Assembly: GCA_965285935.1 (NCBI GenBank)
Contig: OZ260666.1
Coordinates: 68,386,001 to 68,450,000 of the forward strand
Length of the DNA stretch: 64,000 nucleotides
Source: Ophelia neglecta
Lineage: Eukaryota
Reading direction: 5' to 3'
In this document: positions 1-13,385 of the stretch, in pieces
Layout: each line of letters starts with the position of its first letter
Position numbering within the stretch: the first letter of the stretch is position 1
Position numbers and translations under genes: made by a program
The notes under the pieces: generated by a model
Databases searched by the model: none
The model's input: the letters and a program-made list of their open reading frames with translations, nothing else
Told to the model about the DNA's origin: nothing

Positions 1-668
1 ACACCGGAAACTCAATCAAAATATGGTGTCACGTCGATTAATTTACCCATTATTTTCGCTGCCATAGTTGTTCGTTTCGTTCTACCCAAACGAGCCCATA
101 ACTAACCGAGCAGTTTGGTTTTCAGACGTCTGAGAGATTTCTAATCTGACCGGATACCTTTCTTTCCATCCTACTGAATTTCCAGGGCATATTTGTCTAG
201 CAGATTTGAGCAATTTGACGTTGTTTTCATGTTGGCCTAGTTTTCAGTATTTTTTTTGTTAGATCATTGCTATATTTTGGAGATAAGGTTGGGGTAAATC
301 TAATGCACATTGACTGCGCCAAAGAAAAGGGAAACGCAGTCAAAGGAGCAACGACCGAACCAAAAGATGTCGGTGGGAAAATGAAAAAAAATTAGATAAA
401 TAAGTAATGGATTTCAAGTAAACACAAATCGAGAGAAACAACATGAAATGAATGTTTGTTTATTGGCAAATTCTGAGTTATAAAAGTAATAATTTTAGAA
501 TTTAATCACCAAAACTTACAATCATACAATGATAAATGTACTTCTGTAATAGCTCAAAATGCTATTCTGTTCAAAAGTCACTTCACTGAAGGATGGGTTG
601 TTGAATAAATATAGCCAAGTGCCTTTGTATTTGTGTTTTTGCTTGGGAACCTTTTCAAACTAGCCTAA

Positions 669-800
669 TAGTAGAAAGTCGGGTAATTCAAGAAGTCTTA
701 TCCTACGAACAACCTGCGTGGAATAAGATCAATAACTGCGCGGAATTAAACGATGCGGATAAGTGCCTGCTTTCACACATGCGCGAAATTAGCCGACTTC
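669..800. mobile_element. Degenerate MITE-like element (family A, copy 1)
   Basis: The left end AAAGTCGGGTAATT (675-688) is an imperfect inverted match to the right end AATTAGCCGACTTC (787-800). The right end ATGCGCGAAATTAGCCGACTTC matches the reverse complement of 19128-19149 at 20/22 nt. GAATTAAACGATG is also shared with the 19.2 kb copy. Confidence 0.5.
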
Positions 801-1388
801 CCGCGTGCGCCACCTATGGGAATAAAACGATTCACGACATAACGCGGCCTTACCCTTGTTCTTGGAAGGAGATTAAGACCCTGATTCCCGGTGGATTTCG
901 TCTAGCTTTCTCTGATTTCCTAGCCGCGAGACAGGCGTTTTCTAATTCCACAGACAACTAAACATGAAATCGAGCAGAGATGGCCTGCTGTCGGACGACT
1001 TCACGGCAAAAGACGCGAATAATTCGCCAAATTCAGCCCGCAGCTAAACCATCCCGATTTGGTTTAGGATTTCCGAGTTGCTTTTGCCGCTGCGGATTAA
1101 TTTCTGTGATAATTTGGTTACTCGCCTCAGGCAATTTGCGGTTTTGTCTTCTTCCGCTCAGCCATATAGAACTGCTTAATACGTCCTTGTGCCTTTCCAG
1201 CATACTTCACATTCACAAAGCTCTTCTGTTTTACAGAGTTTCAGTCAATAAATTGTAAAGCAATTCTGTAAAAGGCTTAGACGAGTTGAGTTGCCTCTGT
1301 GGATGATGACTGAACGAAATTACAAATGTGTTTGTGGAAGACGGGAACATTCATCACAAACCCCATATTATCAGAAATTCTCTTCTGA

Positions 1389-1738
1389 CCCAAGGGGGGG
1401 GGGGAGACTTACCCTTAGGATTGGTGGATATGCTCTTCCCAAGAGCCTGGTGTAGGACCCAAAAAGATATGAATTAGTAGGCAAAAACAGACCCAGAAAG
1501 AGAAGAAAATACTGCTTAAACGAAAGGGTCTCGTAAAAGGGTGCCTAGAATTGCTGCTTGCTCGAAAATAAGTATAAAATAGAGGCGTTTTCTGGAAACA
1601 AGGTTCAAAAAGAACAGGTTGCTTCAAAACAAAGGTCTTAATTTAAAGAGCGGACCTAAGGGGTGGGGTGCAAAGCGCGGAGCATACCCTTATCACGTCA
1701 AATAGGGAGTACCCCTCCCTATACCCCCCCCCCCCCCC
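1389..1738. mobile_element. Putative old non-autonomous DNA element bounded by a G-run and a C-run (family B, copy 1)
   Basis: It starts CCCAA(G)11 and ends GGGAGTACCCC...(C)15. Its 5' part (TACCCTTAGG..GATATG-CTCTTCCC..TAGGACCC) resembles 25314-25380 (TACCCCTATA..GATATGTCTCTTCCC..TAGGTACACCC). Confidence 0.35.
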
Positions 1739-4625
1739 ATCATCCGGACTTCTGAGCCTCCTTTCGAAAAATACATTTTCGACATAAAACTGATGATTGA
1801 AGAGAAACTTTTTAAGAAAAAAGTACAAACACTTTTTTTTCTAGTTCTACACGCCTATTTATATGTGTATAGCTGATGATAGGTCTGGCCGTTTTAAAAG
1901 GACGATGGTGATGAAATAGTGAAGAATCACCATCGCCATTTATTTTTGCGACCTGCCTAGCATGAAACGGAGAAGCATAGTATCTAAGATTAGGGTGTGA
2001 TGGCCGGGGGACAGCTCTCCGGTGTTATCGAGCGAGTCGGCCCTGAGACGCCCGGGTAGACCGCTAATCATGCGGGGAGCAGCCCCCGGTCAAAGATACT
2101 GCATCGATATCTCCACAAAACTGAGAAGACAAGAATATTACTTGCAGATTACTGTATCAGGAACGCTGGGGGCGATGATATTGATGATCTGACGTCCACA
2201 TCCGGGTATTCAGGAGCATAGTGGAGAAGGAACAGTACTTCAGAATACAGGAAAGCAATTGTTTATGGGACTGCTAGAAACGTCAAATTCAGATACCTCA
2301 AAGGAGCTTTACCATAAAATGGAAGATAATGCGCAATGCGAAACTAATATTTTCATTTCTCTGACAAGGGACGTTTAAGGTCATGTTTCCGTCCAATATT
2401 CAGTTACTATCAAACGCTACTTCGGCAAATGCAATATTTTCTTCGGAGTACTGAATTTGTTATAAATTAGAGATATTTATTCGGAACCTTCCGCTCTGAG
2501 TCGAGAACATTCGAGTGAAATGAACTCTGAGCCTGCTACTATAAATATTCAAGTTTTAATCAAACCCATTTCAACTACATTTGATAAGCAAAGTTGACGA
2601 TGAGTTAATTACATTAATAAACTATCATTATTAATAACAAGTCATTATTCAATGTCTAATACAACACACCGAGAGTCTATGTGAGGTTACCTCGGAGGGT
2701 GGGCTGTGTGGGCTGAATTCATTGAAACAACAAACAATATCATTCCTGCCAATACGACCAAGGTCCATAGGCCAAACAGTTTGAGACTGAAAATACTATA
2801 AGTCAAATATATGAAAACGGTGGACATATACTTTATTCATACAAAAACCTTACCATAGAGATTTGTGGTTATCTTCGTTTTGTCCATGGATTTAGGTAAT
2901 TAATATTTTCGTCATATTTTATTACAATGTTCATTTTAAAAAACATTACAATTCAACAGCAACATGCAGGGACCGCCACTAATAGGTAATTTGAAGCCCC
3001 TAGAATGCACCTATTGATTAAAATTGGGTTCGTAGAAAGTAGCTCTCGTTAAATCAGGGAACGCCATTTTGGCATATACTGTCTTTATCAAATATGAATA
3101 AAATAAGCAGTGTCGTAAATGTCGTAAATGGATTTCATCTGTCAGAATGTAGGCAAGCCGACGCCAAAGGAACTTTATCACAACACTCAGAATTCGAAGC
3201 ACAGTTTCATAATGGAATGATTTTCAGGCAAATGGGCACATTAGGCATAATTTCTGTGAGAACGCCGTCATCCATAATTCAACCCCAATCCATATCTGTC
3301 TCCTATACACCGCCTGTTGTAGTCGTCTGCTAAATGAGCACCTTTTACTTATTTCTATCTGCTAGTTAGGCTCTGAACCACAAATTCCATTTACTTTTCA
3401 TTCAGTCCAACGCTTTTTGCTGACATTATACACATATTGGTCCGAAGCCATTATTTTCACCTGAACCGTGAGCAGAACATGCAATAAAGCTGTGTATCAA
3501 ATACAACTGATCCCTCGCTTGGTCAGATCCCGGAAAAACCCCTAAGAATTGTGGGTAAGGCGCCTATAGTATACGAGCTTGCGCATTACACGCCCGTGGA
3601 CTTCACAGGATATCGGACTTATTTCTTGTACGTCAAGTCGTCTGGGCGGAAACAAACGCACGTGCTCAGAATTTGATGGTTGTAAATGAGTGAATTATTG
3701 GAAGGCGTTATACTGTTATTTACAAAGTCTCATTTACACTGGACTTTGATGAGCTTATATAAATAAATCCTTATATACAAAAGCGGATAAAACAATGATA
3801 ATTGGTCTATAATTTATATAGGCCTACCCAGTGTGCATTCAAATACGGGACCTACCGGGAAATGGGGCTGACCGTGCACGGCAATACCTTGATCCGGGAA
3901 ATGAAACCAATGTCTACAAAATCACGGCATATCACGATACCACAATTGCACGAACATTTAATTTCAGTCATTTTCCTTAGTCCCTTGATCGAAAAGCAAA
4001 CAGAAAAGAATACATATTTAAAGACAAACATTAAAAAAGCTCCATATATAGGCAGTCTAATTTTACCAAATAGGTTGAAAATGTATTAAAGTTGTCACTC
4101 CCTTGGACCGGCTAGGAGGCCGCAAATCCCGATTAAGTTCTCGCCTTAAAGAAGTTAGCGAGAGTTCAAAAAATTATTTTTATATTTGTATGAGACACTT
4201 GTCTGAAGCACAATGTAAGTAATGAAATGCATTATAATTTATTCCAATAACCAACATATAATTCTATGCAAATTACAAGGCCGCATTTTAAGCAATGAAC
4301 TTACAAACGAAGAATACTTCCCTAGCGGAACTCAAAACAACTAGCTCTACGTTAACAATAAAATGAACTACGACTACGACAACCACCAACTGTAGAAACC
4401 GAATTCCGGCCTATTTCATTCCCATTCGATTCAGTACCCATTCGGTTCTTTTCTTTGCGTACATTTATAAGTGTTATAAAGGTCTATTATACAGCGAGCT
4501 ACGCTCGCCGGCGCTTGGCTTTGGCCTACATGCCGCTTCCTGAGGGGATCTTGACTGCTGCCCATTCTCCCTCTCGATCGCGAGGTATTGGTCATTACCG
4601 ATCTGTCCAGAAGCAATTTATTTTC

Positions 4626-5041
4626 ATTACGGCCACTGTGACCTGGGGTCAATAGTGCTTCCTGGTCATTACTTCCGGTCTGAGAGCCAATCAAAGCGCC
4701 ACATAGCGGTGATAAATCTAGAGCGGCGGCGGCCTGCTGGAAAATGAGCAAGTTTAATGGTTTCTAACAATCGAAGGTAATGACCACCAGAATATTTGCG
4801 ATATTTATACCTATAATCCTTCTTGGTCTGGTCTGACACGACTGCGTGGCTCCTTTCCAACCGAGTTGTGACGCGACTTGATGCAATGTTTCGCGCGGGT
4901 GGCTCCAGTGACATTCCTTCGCTAGAGCAGACGACATTTATCCGGCAGAAAAGTCGCGCTAATACCCCCAGCCGGATTTCCCGCCAAATATCCGTGAAAT
5001 TGCATTACTTCTGAGGCGACGCGAGGGAAATCCCGGTAAGA
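4626..5041 (+). promoter_or_regulatory. Promoter/enhancer-like module
   Basis: ETS site ACTTCCGGT (4671), CCAAT box AGCCAATCA (4685), GATAAAT (4711), GCAGACGACATTT (4927), TTTCCCGCC (4977), NF-kB-type GGGAAATCCC (5025-5034), and donor-like AAG|GTAATG (4777) and CCG|GTAAGA (5036). Confidence 0.45.
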
Positions 5042-5133
5042 AGGTGGTCGGGTGAAATCAAAGGAGCAATTCATTATTCTTCATCCCGGTTCATCCGGGA
5101 CATTTATCACGTGTGGGACGGATGATGAGCATC

Positions 5134-5440
5134 AACAGAGACGCTGGGCCTGATGCGGCGGGGGTGGGGGTGGGAGGGTCTCGCCTGACAGAGACGCTGG
5201 GTCTGATGGTGGAGGGGATCTCGTCTGTCACGTGACATCACGTGGGGTACGGATGTGGAGCCATGGCAGAAATGCTGCGCTTGTCGGGGAAGGGATCTCG
5301 CTTGACGAAAGGGGCACTGGGCCTGATGGGGAAGGGGGCCTCTTCTTTCACGTGCGGTTACGTGGGGGACTTATGTGGAGCCTGGACAGACACGCTGGGC
5401 CTGTTTGGGGACGGGATCTCGTCTGACGAGAGGGACGCTC
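5134..5440. repeat. Degenerate GC-rich tandem repeat (~40-bp subunits in a ~120-bp higher-order unit)
   Basis: ACAGAGACGCTGGGCCTGATG, GGGATCTCGTCTGAC and TCACGTG..ACGTGGGG..ATGTGGAGCC blocks recur. Confidence 0.75.
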
Positions 5441-6555
5441 GCTTTGATCAACGCCTTACTAAAAACAGGAATAAGCAATCTTAGCTTCTTGGCAAAAAGC
5501 GCCCCGCGCAAATCAAAGAAATACCTATTAACTCCTTCTGTGTTAGGCCTCCTGAGACTTTCCCCCTCAACTGGGCCTTGTTAGGCATTTATGAAAACCT
5601 TTAATTTATTTTAAGCTTGATGCCTTCACCAATTCATTGAACTAGTGCCTGTTCAAGTCCGTTTTAATGCTACAGTTAGGTTTTGATAAAAGATTATGTC
5701 CAGGTCTTACATTCTGAACACGTAATTCACAAATACACGTCATTTGTCGAGAGAAAAAATCAATGCTGATTTGAGGTGAGTAGCAGCGAAGTTACGCCCT
5801 AATTTGTACAGTTCAATGATGTCTTAATCCTGGTTCCGATTTGAAGTTAACATCGCTATTATAGAATCCATATTATTCTCGTCTACTATTCAATCCTATT
5901 TCACCCTCTGACAGTCGCAAACAGCCGAATTATCGCCCACTAAAAGATCAAAGTGTTTCTGTGGTGGCCATTGTTCGAGCAGACGACTAAGGCGTCTCCT
6001 GGTCCCAGACCGTTAATCCTGTCTCAATGGACCGCACCCCTTTGACAGGAACCAGTAGGCCCCATGTCATTACCAACATTCACAGACAACGTTAATGAAC
6101 AAATTGCCTGGATTTATATATTGAAGCACGCTGTAAAAGCTAAAGAAAAACTTTATGATGTATAATTTATTTATATTTCCCGGCCGTATTTAACAAGATA
6201 GCTCGAAATTCCTTAGATTAGATTGTTGCTAAAATATACTAACGGTGCTGTTTTAAGAATAAAATATATTTTGTGGTACTTAATGGACGCTGGAAAAGTG
6301 ACCTTTGTAAGACTTTTGACCTGCTCTCTTCAGCAAACGAAGAAATAATATCTTAATCATGGATGACCTAACTGCCTCCCGCGTGGAACCGATGGTATCG
6401 GTGTATATTGACAAACAGGAAGGGAAAGCCAAAATGAACTGGACAGCTATTCACAAAAGCTGTTCATTATATAGGTCTTTTTTAAAGGGAGGATTTATAC
6501 TAAAACGCGAATTATCTAAGACCATGTTCAGAACAAGACAACTCTAGTGTTTAAG

Positions 6556-6842
6556 ATTCAGAGTAAGGTTTAGACGCAAATTTCAGAGTAGGGTTCAAAG
6601 AACACATTTCAGAGTAGAGTTCCAAGCCCAAATTTCAGAGTGCAGTTCATTGAACACATTTCAGAGTAGAGTTTCAAGCCCAAATTTCAGAGTAGGGTTC
6701 ACAGAACACATTTCAGAGTACAGTTCCAAGCCCAAATTTCAGAGTAGAGTTCCAAGCCCAAATTTCAGAGTAGGGTTCAAAGAACACATTTCAGAGTAGA
6801 GTTTCAAGCCCAAATTTCAGAGTGCAGTTCAAAGAACACATC
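6556..6842. repeat. 26-bp minisatellite with alternating A/B units
   Basis: Ten units starting TTTCAGAGT lie at an exact 26-bp period (6581, 6607 ... 6815), plus one degenerate unit at 6556. A-type units end GAACACA and B-type units end CAAGCCCAAA. Confidence 0.95.
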
Positions 6843-9781
6843 AAAAACTCAAATTTCAAATTTTCTGATATGGGGATAAAATAGAGACATTAAAAAGGTA
6901 ACCTAGTTAACAGAAATTGAGGTGTTAACTTTTAATGGTCCGCGTGAGTTGAGCATTGACGATCAAGGAGTCCAATAAAATAAAGGGAGGGGGAGGGCGG
7001 GGGAGGGGAGGCGTCGGCTTTCTTTTGGAGTCAGTGGGACAGGGTGTCTAAGGTTAGGCCCCAGACCCCCTTTGTGTGGGGACACCTATCACAGTGCCCC
7101 ACGGGGTCGTGACCTCGTGCCCCCTCACCCTTCCTGTCTAGATCTTCGCCCATGCCCCCTACGCCCCACCCACCCAACCGTCACCTCGAGAAATGCCAGG
7201 GGTGATCAAAAAAGCACTCCCAGGTATGACTGGGTGGTTTGCTATTATTTAAAGATGGAGATATTTACCAAAATAATTCCGAAAAGGTAATCAATGATTT
7301 AAGCGCAGGCTGAGTCTTATTCTTGTGATAATATCGTCCTTGACAATAAATGCACTCGTGGCCCAGCGTTCGGATGGGATTGCTTTTTATCCTATTTTGC
7401 CATGTGAAAAATAAAAACTATGCAATAGAGTTGAACAAACCGAATAACCTTAAGAAAGGATGGGTTAACACGATTATGCAGCTGCATGTTGACAACTGGG
7501 CAAAAATGATCACATTAGCACTCGGCATTTTTTATTTAGATATAGCATGCAATCTTTAAGGATATAATTCATAACTGCCTTTCGATCATACAACACTTTT
7601 TAATGCCATGCAATACACGAATTTTGAAGCTGAAGACCCTTCTGCCTGGCATAGTTGCACTGAATTTATCTGAAAGGAATTAGTACAAATACAACATGAC
7701 TGACAATGAAGAATGTCAATATAGGAACGAAAAAATAATGACTATGGCGACATAAGAGCAAAAATATACAAACATAACATCAGCAGATTTAGATTCTATG
7801 AAAGAAAGCTTGCTGGAAGTTCATTAATTTTAAACTCAGTTGACAGGTGATAGTTTAATTTATTGTCAGCGATGTCTAAACTTTTTTTGAGCAAGTGATT
7901 AACGACTAAAATGATTGATGTTGTGAATCGATCATCGGTTAGCCTTTCGGGTTTGATTTTGGATCGCTCGTCTCATCAAGGATGGATGACACGGGTGTTA
8001 TTGTACAGCAGAAAAGCAAGACAGATGTCTCTCGATTAATTTTGTAGTAAATTAACGGAGCCACACGTCTTCGCGGAGATGTAGGTCTATAGTGCTACTT
8101 GTACATTTCTAGTGCATTAATTGTGGGAAAAAATAGCGTAAACACTTTGATGAAGTGTGGGTTTGTTAGGCTCAGTCAATGTCGTGTGATTAGAGCATTT
8201 ATGTTAAAACTCAATTTAATTCAAAAGGTGTGAAGATAGCGCTGTTAATATGAGTTGGTAACAAACTGGCGATGGGCTCCAATCTTGGCTAGTATGTGGC
8301 ATGACATTTAGTTTATTATTCATTATTTATTTTATCATTAATGTAACTATTTATCATGGGCAGACCTATCATTAGACTGTTTAATTATCATGGAGGCCAG
8401 GATTTACAAAAGAGTCACAAATATATTAAAAGGCGTACTGTGAAACCTGAGGGAAAGACAATATATATGGAAACAAAAGAAATAAGAAAGGGTTGGGTTT
8501 TGACAAGGAAACGGTCTATGAGCTTGGTAATAGACTAGGGGATTGAAAACGGGAGTCATACTGACAGGAACTTCTCTAAAAACCTAACATATCGGTTGGG
8601 AAAAATATTTTTAAAAGCAACCTTTGCGATAGAAAGCCCCCAGAAAACTACACTTAGATAGAAAATCATTAAGATAAGCTTCCTATATTTGATAGAATGC
8701 CTGGCCTAGTATTTAAGTCCTGTTGGGCGGAGTTATTTTATATATACAAAAAAACGTACTTGAATTGAGAACTGGTTGATAATACAATTGAATTTTTTAT
8801 GTTTTCCATCTATTCTACGTCTCCATGTTTTTTTTATGTTATATTGTCCAATAGAAATAACTTGGCATGACAAGGTACTTAATAACGTTGTGATCGTTCC
8901 ATGAATTTCCTTAACTGATTCACGGTCATCTTCTCGTTTGTTTGTCATGTATCGCGAAATATTCGATCGAGATTCTATTTCCGGTGCCGCTCGTTTCTAC
9001 GAGTATCACTACTCGCACTGCGTGAAGGATGAAGTAGTTCGACCCGATGACAAAGAAACCGGCCGGCCATCAGGCGACGTCAGTTCACTACGGAATCACA
9101 TCTTTTCTAACTCGTTTTACGAACTCACAGTCTGGTTAATATGATAAAATAAAGAGAAAAATGGACACTTTTGTTAGTCATACAAATGTGATGACTCATT
9201 CGATAGCACAGTAGTTGTGAAAAAGGGGACTCATTTAATAGTTTCATCCTGATGAAAATATTCATCGTGTCTGAATCAAACATACCCTTGTAATATAAGC
9301 CCCTCCCCCAAGCCCCCCCCCCCCCCCCCCAAGCCCTGGCCGGGAGAGGCACATAGTGGGCCTATTGTAGTTGGAGAGGTCGACACGCTATTCTCAGAAG
9401 CTGGTGATTAAGACTACCACCTTCCACACCCTTCCACTAACCCAATCACCTCCGCACAGCCCCACCTCCCCCACACCACCCTGGGATGATATAACAGGGA
9501 TGACTGCCACCCCCTAGCTAAGCCTAGCAGGAGTGTTATAGTTTTACTGCAAGATGGGAAGAACTGCAAAAGTACATCTGGTTTGATGATTTATGGCCCT
9601 ACATTTTACAAAGTTGTTTATATAATTAGCTTAAGAAACCGATATTTTCCATTATATAGGAACATAGGCTAGCTCTGATAAATCTTATATGTGATCTGCC
9701 AAAGGTTAATTCACTATCACCAAATATTTAAATGATAAATGATTTGTTTTATCTTCATTTGACGAATCTAAGATATTAATT

Positions 9782-9825
9782 AACTTCCACTAGTTATCCC
9801 GCAACTTCCACTAGTTATCCCGCAA
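9782..9825. repeat. Perfect 21-bp tandem duplication
   Basis: AACTTCCACTAGTTATCCCGC x2 followed by AA. Confidence 0.95.
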
Positions 9826-11904
9826 TCAAACTCCTTAAAACCAAAACCGCATATAGCTGATTACCCTCTTGTTTTACTCGAGAATTTATGATGGCAATTA
9901 AACGCTTTAAATGTGACCTTTGCGGAGTGATATGGGTAATTTAGGCGACCAATAATCGGCTTTACGCTCTACTTCCTGTGAGCGATAATTGGGGATGAAT
10001 GGCACTGATCGTCCAATGATTTCTTTGTGCCTAAATCCGGGTACTTGACTCATTACAATGTTGTGATCGCCTTAGATGTCGGACGACGAGTCATTCCATG
10101 GTCCCAGAGATATGCGTTTCGAGGAAAGCGACAATGCTTTCAATAGGAACCTTAGATCGATTCTATTAAAGAAACCCATGGCCTATATACAAAGCCTAAG
10201 CAACGGGGAGGCGCACGTCATGTAAGTCGAACCGTTTAAAAGTGGCAAACGTCCTGATTTGAAAAGTCTTCTGTCTTGACGTCTGAAACATTACTCTTTA
10301 AATTCTAGGCGAACATCTTGTGTATTTTAGTGGAATTCTTGGCTTTTTTCATTGTGTAAGTAATTGGCAACAAAGCATTTGCCTGAAAGATTTTATAAAT
10401 TCCGATACTCTGAGCTAGCTCCTAATATGAGGGTTCAGATGCATCAATGCGCCCTACAAATAGTCCCTGGTGGTGTTCTTTTCACAGCCAAATCTCTAAG
10501 TCCCGGCACGAGCCTGATTTCCGGTGTGTTATTGCACACCACCGGGACGCCAATACTTTCATTATAGCTGTCAACTGCCAGTTAATATCGCGATCAAAAG
10601 GTGACCGAAAAGCTAAGCTGGTTTCCGGCTTCAATTGCGTCTGAAACTAGTATGAAATCGGTTTGCCAAACGATTACCTCCGATGAAAAGTCACCCGGGC
10701 CATTTTCCCGCCATCTCGAGGTCATGTGACCGGTGGAGTCGTTTGGCGCGTGATCGGGCCTGTTGTTCGTCTGCACGGGAGTCATACAATATATATTGGC
10801 ACATGAAATGCTCGCCCCCCTGCCGTGTGGTTCATTGCTCGTTGCCATGGAGCTTTGGGGCTGTTCTCGCGTGATTTCACTCATAATTCCGCGAGAGTAA
10901 GTGACACGATTGCCGACTTTAGCCGGAGAAATTCATCTTCCATTTACTTCCGGTTGAATTGGCACCATGAATAGAAGCCCGGGGATTAACGGAATAATAG
11001 AAACTCGAAACCAGCGCAGCAGCAAAGCAATCGCAAGGAGTGCCAGACAGGGAACCAGCGAAGTCGGAACAAACAAAGTCAATTTAACTGGACCGTGTCC
11101 AATGAAATCTTATAAGGTTTTAGATGCAAGAGTGACTGTACAAATGAACCTTAGCTGATAAATAGTCAAGTTTTTCACACAAAAACGTGAAATACCGACT
11201 TCTTTCGGGTAGCTATCAATGGTATCCTTAAGCTTTTGTTTTGGTATGTAGGTAAATCATGGTGCAATTAAAATGTAGGCCTATTTCTAAATATAACTAG
11301 GTAAGATATCTACCTAGCTGATTATGATGGGTGTAGAAATTGAAGTAGTTCTTCCAAATTTATGTCGAAGTACACCTGCCTAGTGGATTATGGAATTGTC
11401 TCTGCATGGGCTTCAAATGTAAATAGACGAATAGTGATCTACACTTTAAAATGTTACGCATAATAATCAAAGCCTCTGGTTAATTATTCATAATTAACTA
11501 CACTTTTTCAGTCTCGCACTGGTTTGCCTGTCGTTACATAATCTAACGCCTATAATTGATTATACGAATTTGCTATGTCGAGCTGTAATTTACGCCCCGG
11601 AATATTTCTAAATCTTTTCATAATGGGTAATGATTGTCACACCTCATTCCAGAAGAATTGTCAATCTTTTGGCTACACCATTGTGATAATAAGGTGTAGT
11701 TTAAATCTTAATTCGTGAATCCGCAGGACACTCGGGCAGACGACCCGTTGTTGTACCTAAATCTGGCAAAATGACGCTTGGTTTCACCACATTACACCGA
11801 CTTCGCGTGTCATGAGGGTAATCACGTACAAACACGTCAGCTACGAGATTTGTCGACAGTGATGCTTACTGCCTCGTTTCTCACATTTTCTCCTTAACTG
11901 ACTG

Positions 11905-11918
11905 GTTACCCTGGCAAC
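11905..11918. promoter_or_regulatory. RFX X-box
   Basis: GTTACCCTGGCAAC matches the 14-bp X-box consensus GTNNCC-NN-RGNAAC. Confidence 0.55.
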
Positions 11919-12522
11919 AAAATCTCACTCAACTGCAAAGATACTAAATTCACGACATTTGTAACAGTAGATCTGTCAGCACAGCACAAGGCAGACCTCA
12001 TATTTGTATATATGGATTACCTGGCAGTGGCGGGAAAAAACTCCAACGTTCAGGCAGGATTTTGAAGAAAAAAAAGATAACCGGAGTTTCTCAGAAGATA
12101 AACTACAAACGGGCTTTCGCAATCGCTACCTAGGAACATCCGACGGGGATTCACCAAGCAGTACATAGGAATTAATATGAATCAAAGGTGGGTGCAGATT
12201 TTGTTCAAAATGTATAATTGAATTGAAGAGAAGACAAGCCGATGATTATGCTTGCATGTGGCTTTCTTGCAATAACTAACAATAGTAGTTCTTCACAGCG
12301 TAAGGTACCGTAAGAATTAATCAATTAATGACAATATAAAACGGAGTGTTTCTTTAAAGAATAGTGGACAACCTAGTAAACAAGCACCATGATCAAAATG
12401 ACAGTTAAGCATGGCAGTGGGGGTGGCTTTTCGGAGGAGAAGATTTATTTATGTATATCGCTTTTGTGGCAAATGGTTGTTAACTTTGACTTATGGAATA
12501 CGCTACCCCATTTCGAGAGTAT

Positions 12523-12665
12523 GGGTTGGCTGGTTGTTTGGGTTTTTTTTACGTGGCTTTCAACACTTATCGGTCATGTCGCCACGGTGCCTACTTGTGA
12601 CAGTGGGCTCAATGCCCTCTTTATAGAGCTGCCTCACTGGAGTACCTGCCGTAGACCACAAACAC
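12523..12665 (-). mobile_element. 5'-truncated SINE-like retroposon with a 10-bp target-site duplication
   Basis: It is flanked by the direct repeat TCGAGAGTAT (12513-12522 and 12666-12675). The left end GGGTTGGCTGGTTGTTTGGG reads as an (AACC/AAAC)n-type 3' tail on the minus strand. The body (..GGTCATGTCGCCACGGTGCCTACTTGT..ATAGAGCTGCCTCACTGGA..) resembles spiralian SINE 3' regions as I recall them (not verified by a search). Confidence 0.7.
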
Positions 12666-13121
12666 TCGAGAGTATAGGTCCTAGCCCGAAGGCCCGCATC
12701 CAGGAACGTGTACAAAAAACATCTTTGAGATGCGGCAACATGGGGGAAGGAGATTGAGCGTCCTGACCCCCCATTAAGTCCCTGGAACTGGAGGGGGAAA
12801 TGGCGCACTGTGTAAGCCCAGTGTCCTTGAATGTCCAAGCTGGGTTTTTTGATATATTTTTGATAAATATTCAATGCCTCCAATGAATATATCTGTTAGG
12901 CAAAAGCATTCTTGTATACAGTTTCGGGCAGATTATCATTGTAAAGTATATAAGTATATTTATAGAATGAATTTAATTGAGGTGAACCGCTCCAGAACAT
13001 ATTTGATCTTACTCGTATTGCTGTTATTTTGTGTTTTTTCGTATCATGGGAAGACGTTGATTACTTCCAGTTTGAAGAGATGTAGATTTGAATATAACTG
13101 TCTTTAGTTTATTCAGACCTC

Positions 13122-13385
13122 GGGCCGGTTGATAAAAGATTCTCGACCTGAGATAAATTTTGGACTTCGACTTGCCTTTTTTTGACTTGACCATCGGACT
13201 AAGGCTTAAGTCAGTTGTTCGAAAGTCTTTAATCTGAACATCTAGCAGCCATCGTAAACTATTAGATTGGACTTGAGCCCATGACTCTGTTAACAACCCA
13301 CTGAAGACATGTCATTTAATTTGAAGTCTGAAATTATAGTAACAAAGTTCAAGGCCAAGTCTAAGAATGTTTTAAAAACCGGCCT
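13122..13385. mobile_element. MITE, PIF/Harbinger-like
   Basis: Imperfect TIRs: GGGCCGGTTGATAAAAGATTCT versus the reverse complement of AGAATGTTTTAAAAACCGGCCT (18/22). The flanks CTC/CTG resemble a 3-bp TSD, and GACTT subrepeats occur internally. Confidence 0.6.

Noticed and set aside
6556-6842. CRISPR array
   Set aside because: The 'spacers' are two alternating near-identical sequences, the period is only 26 bp, there are no cas genes and the context is eukaryotic.
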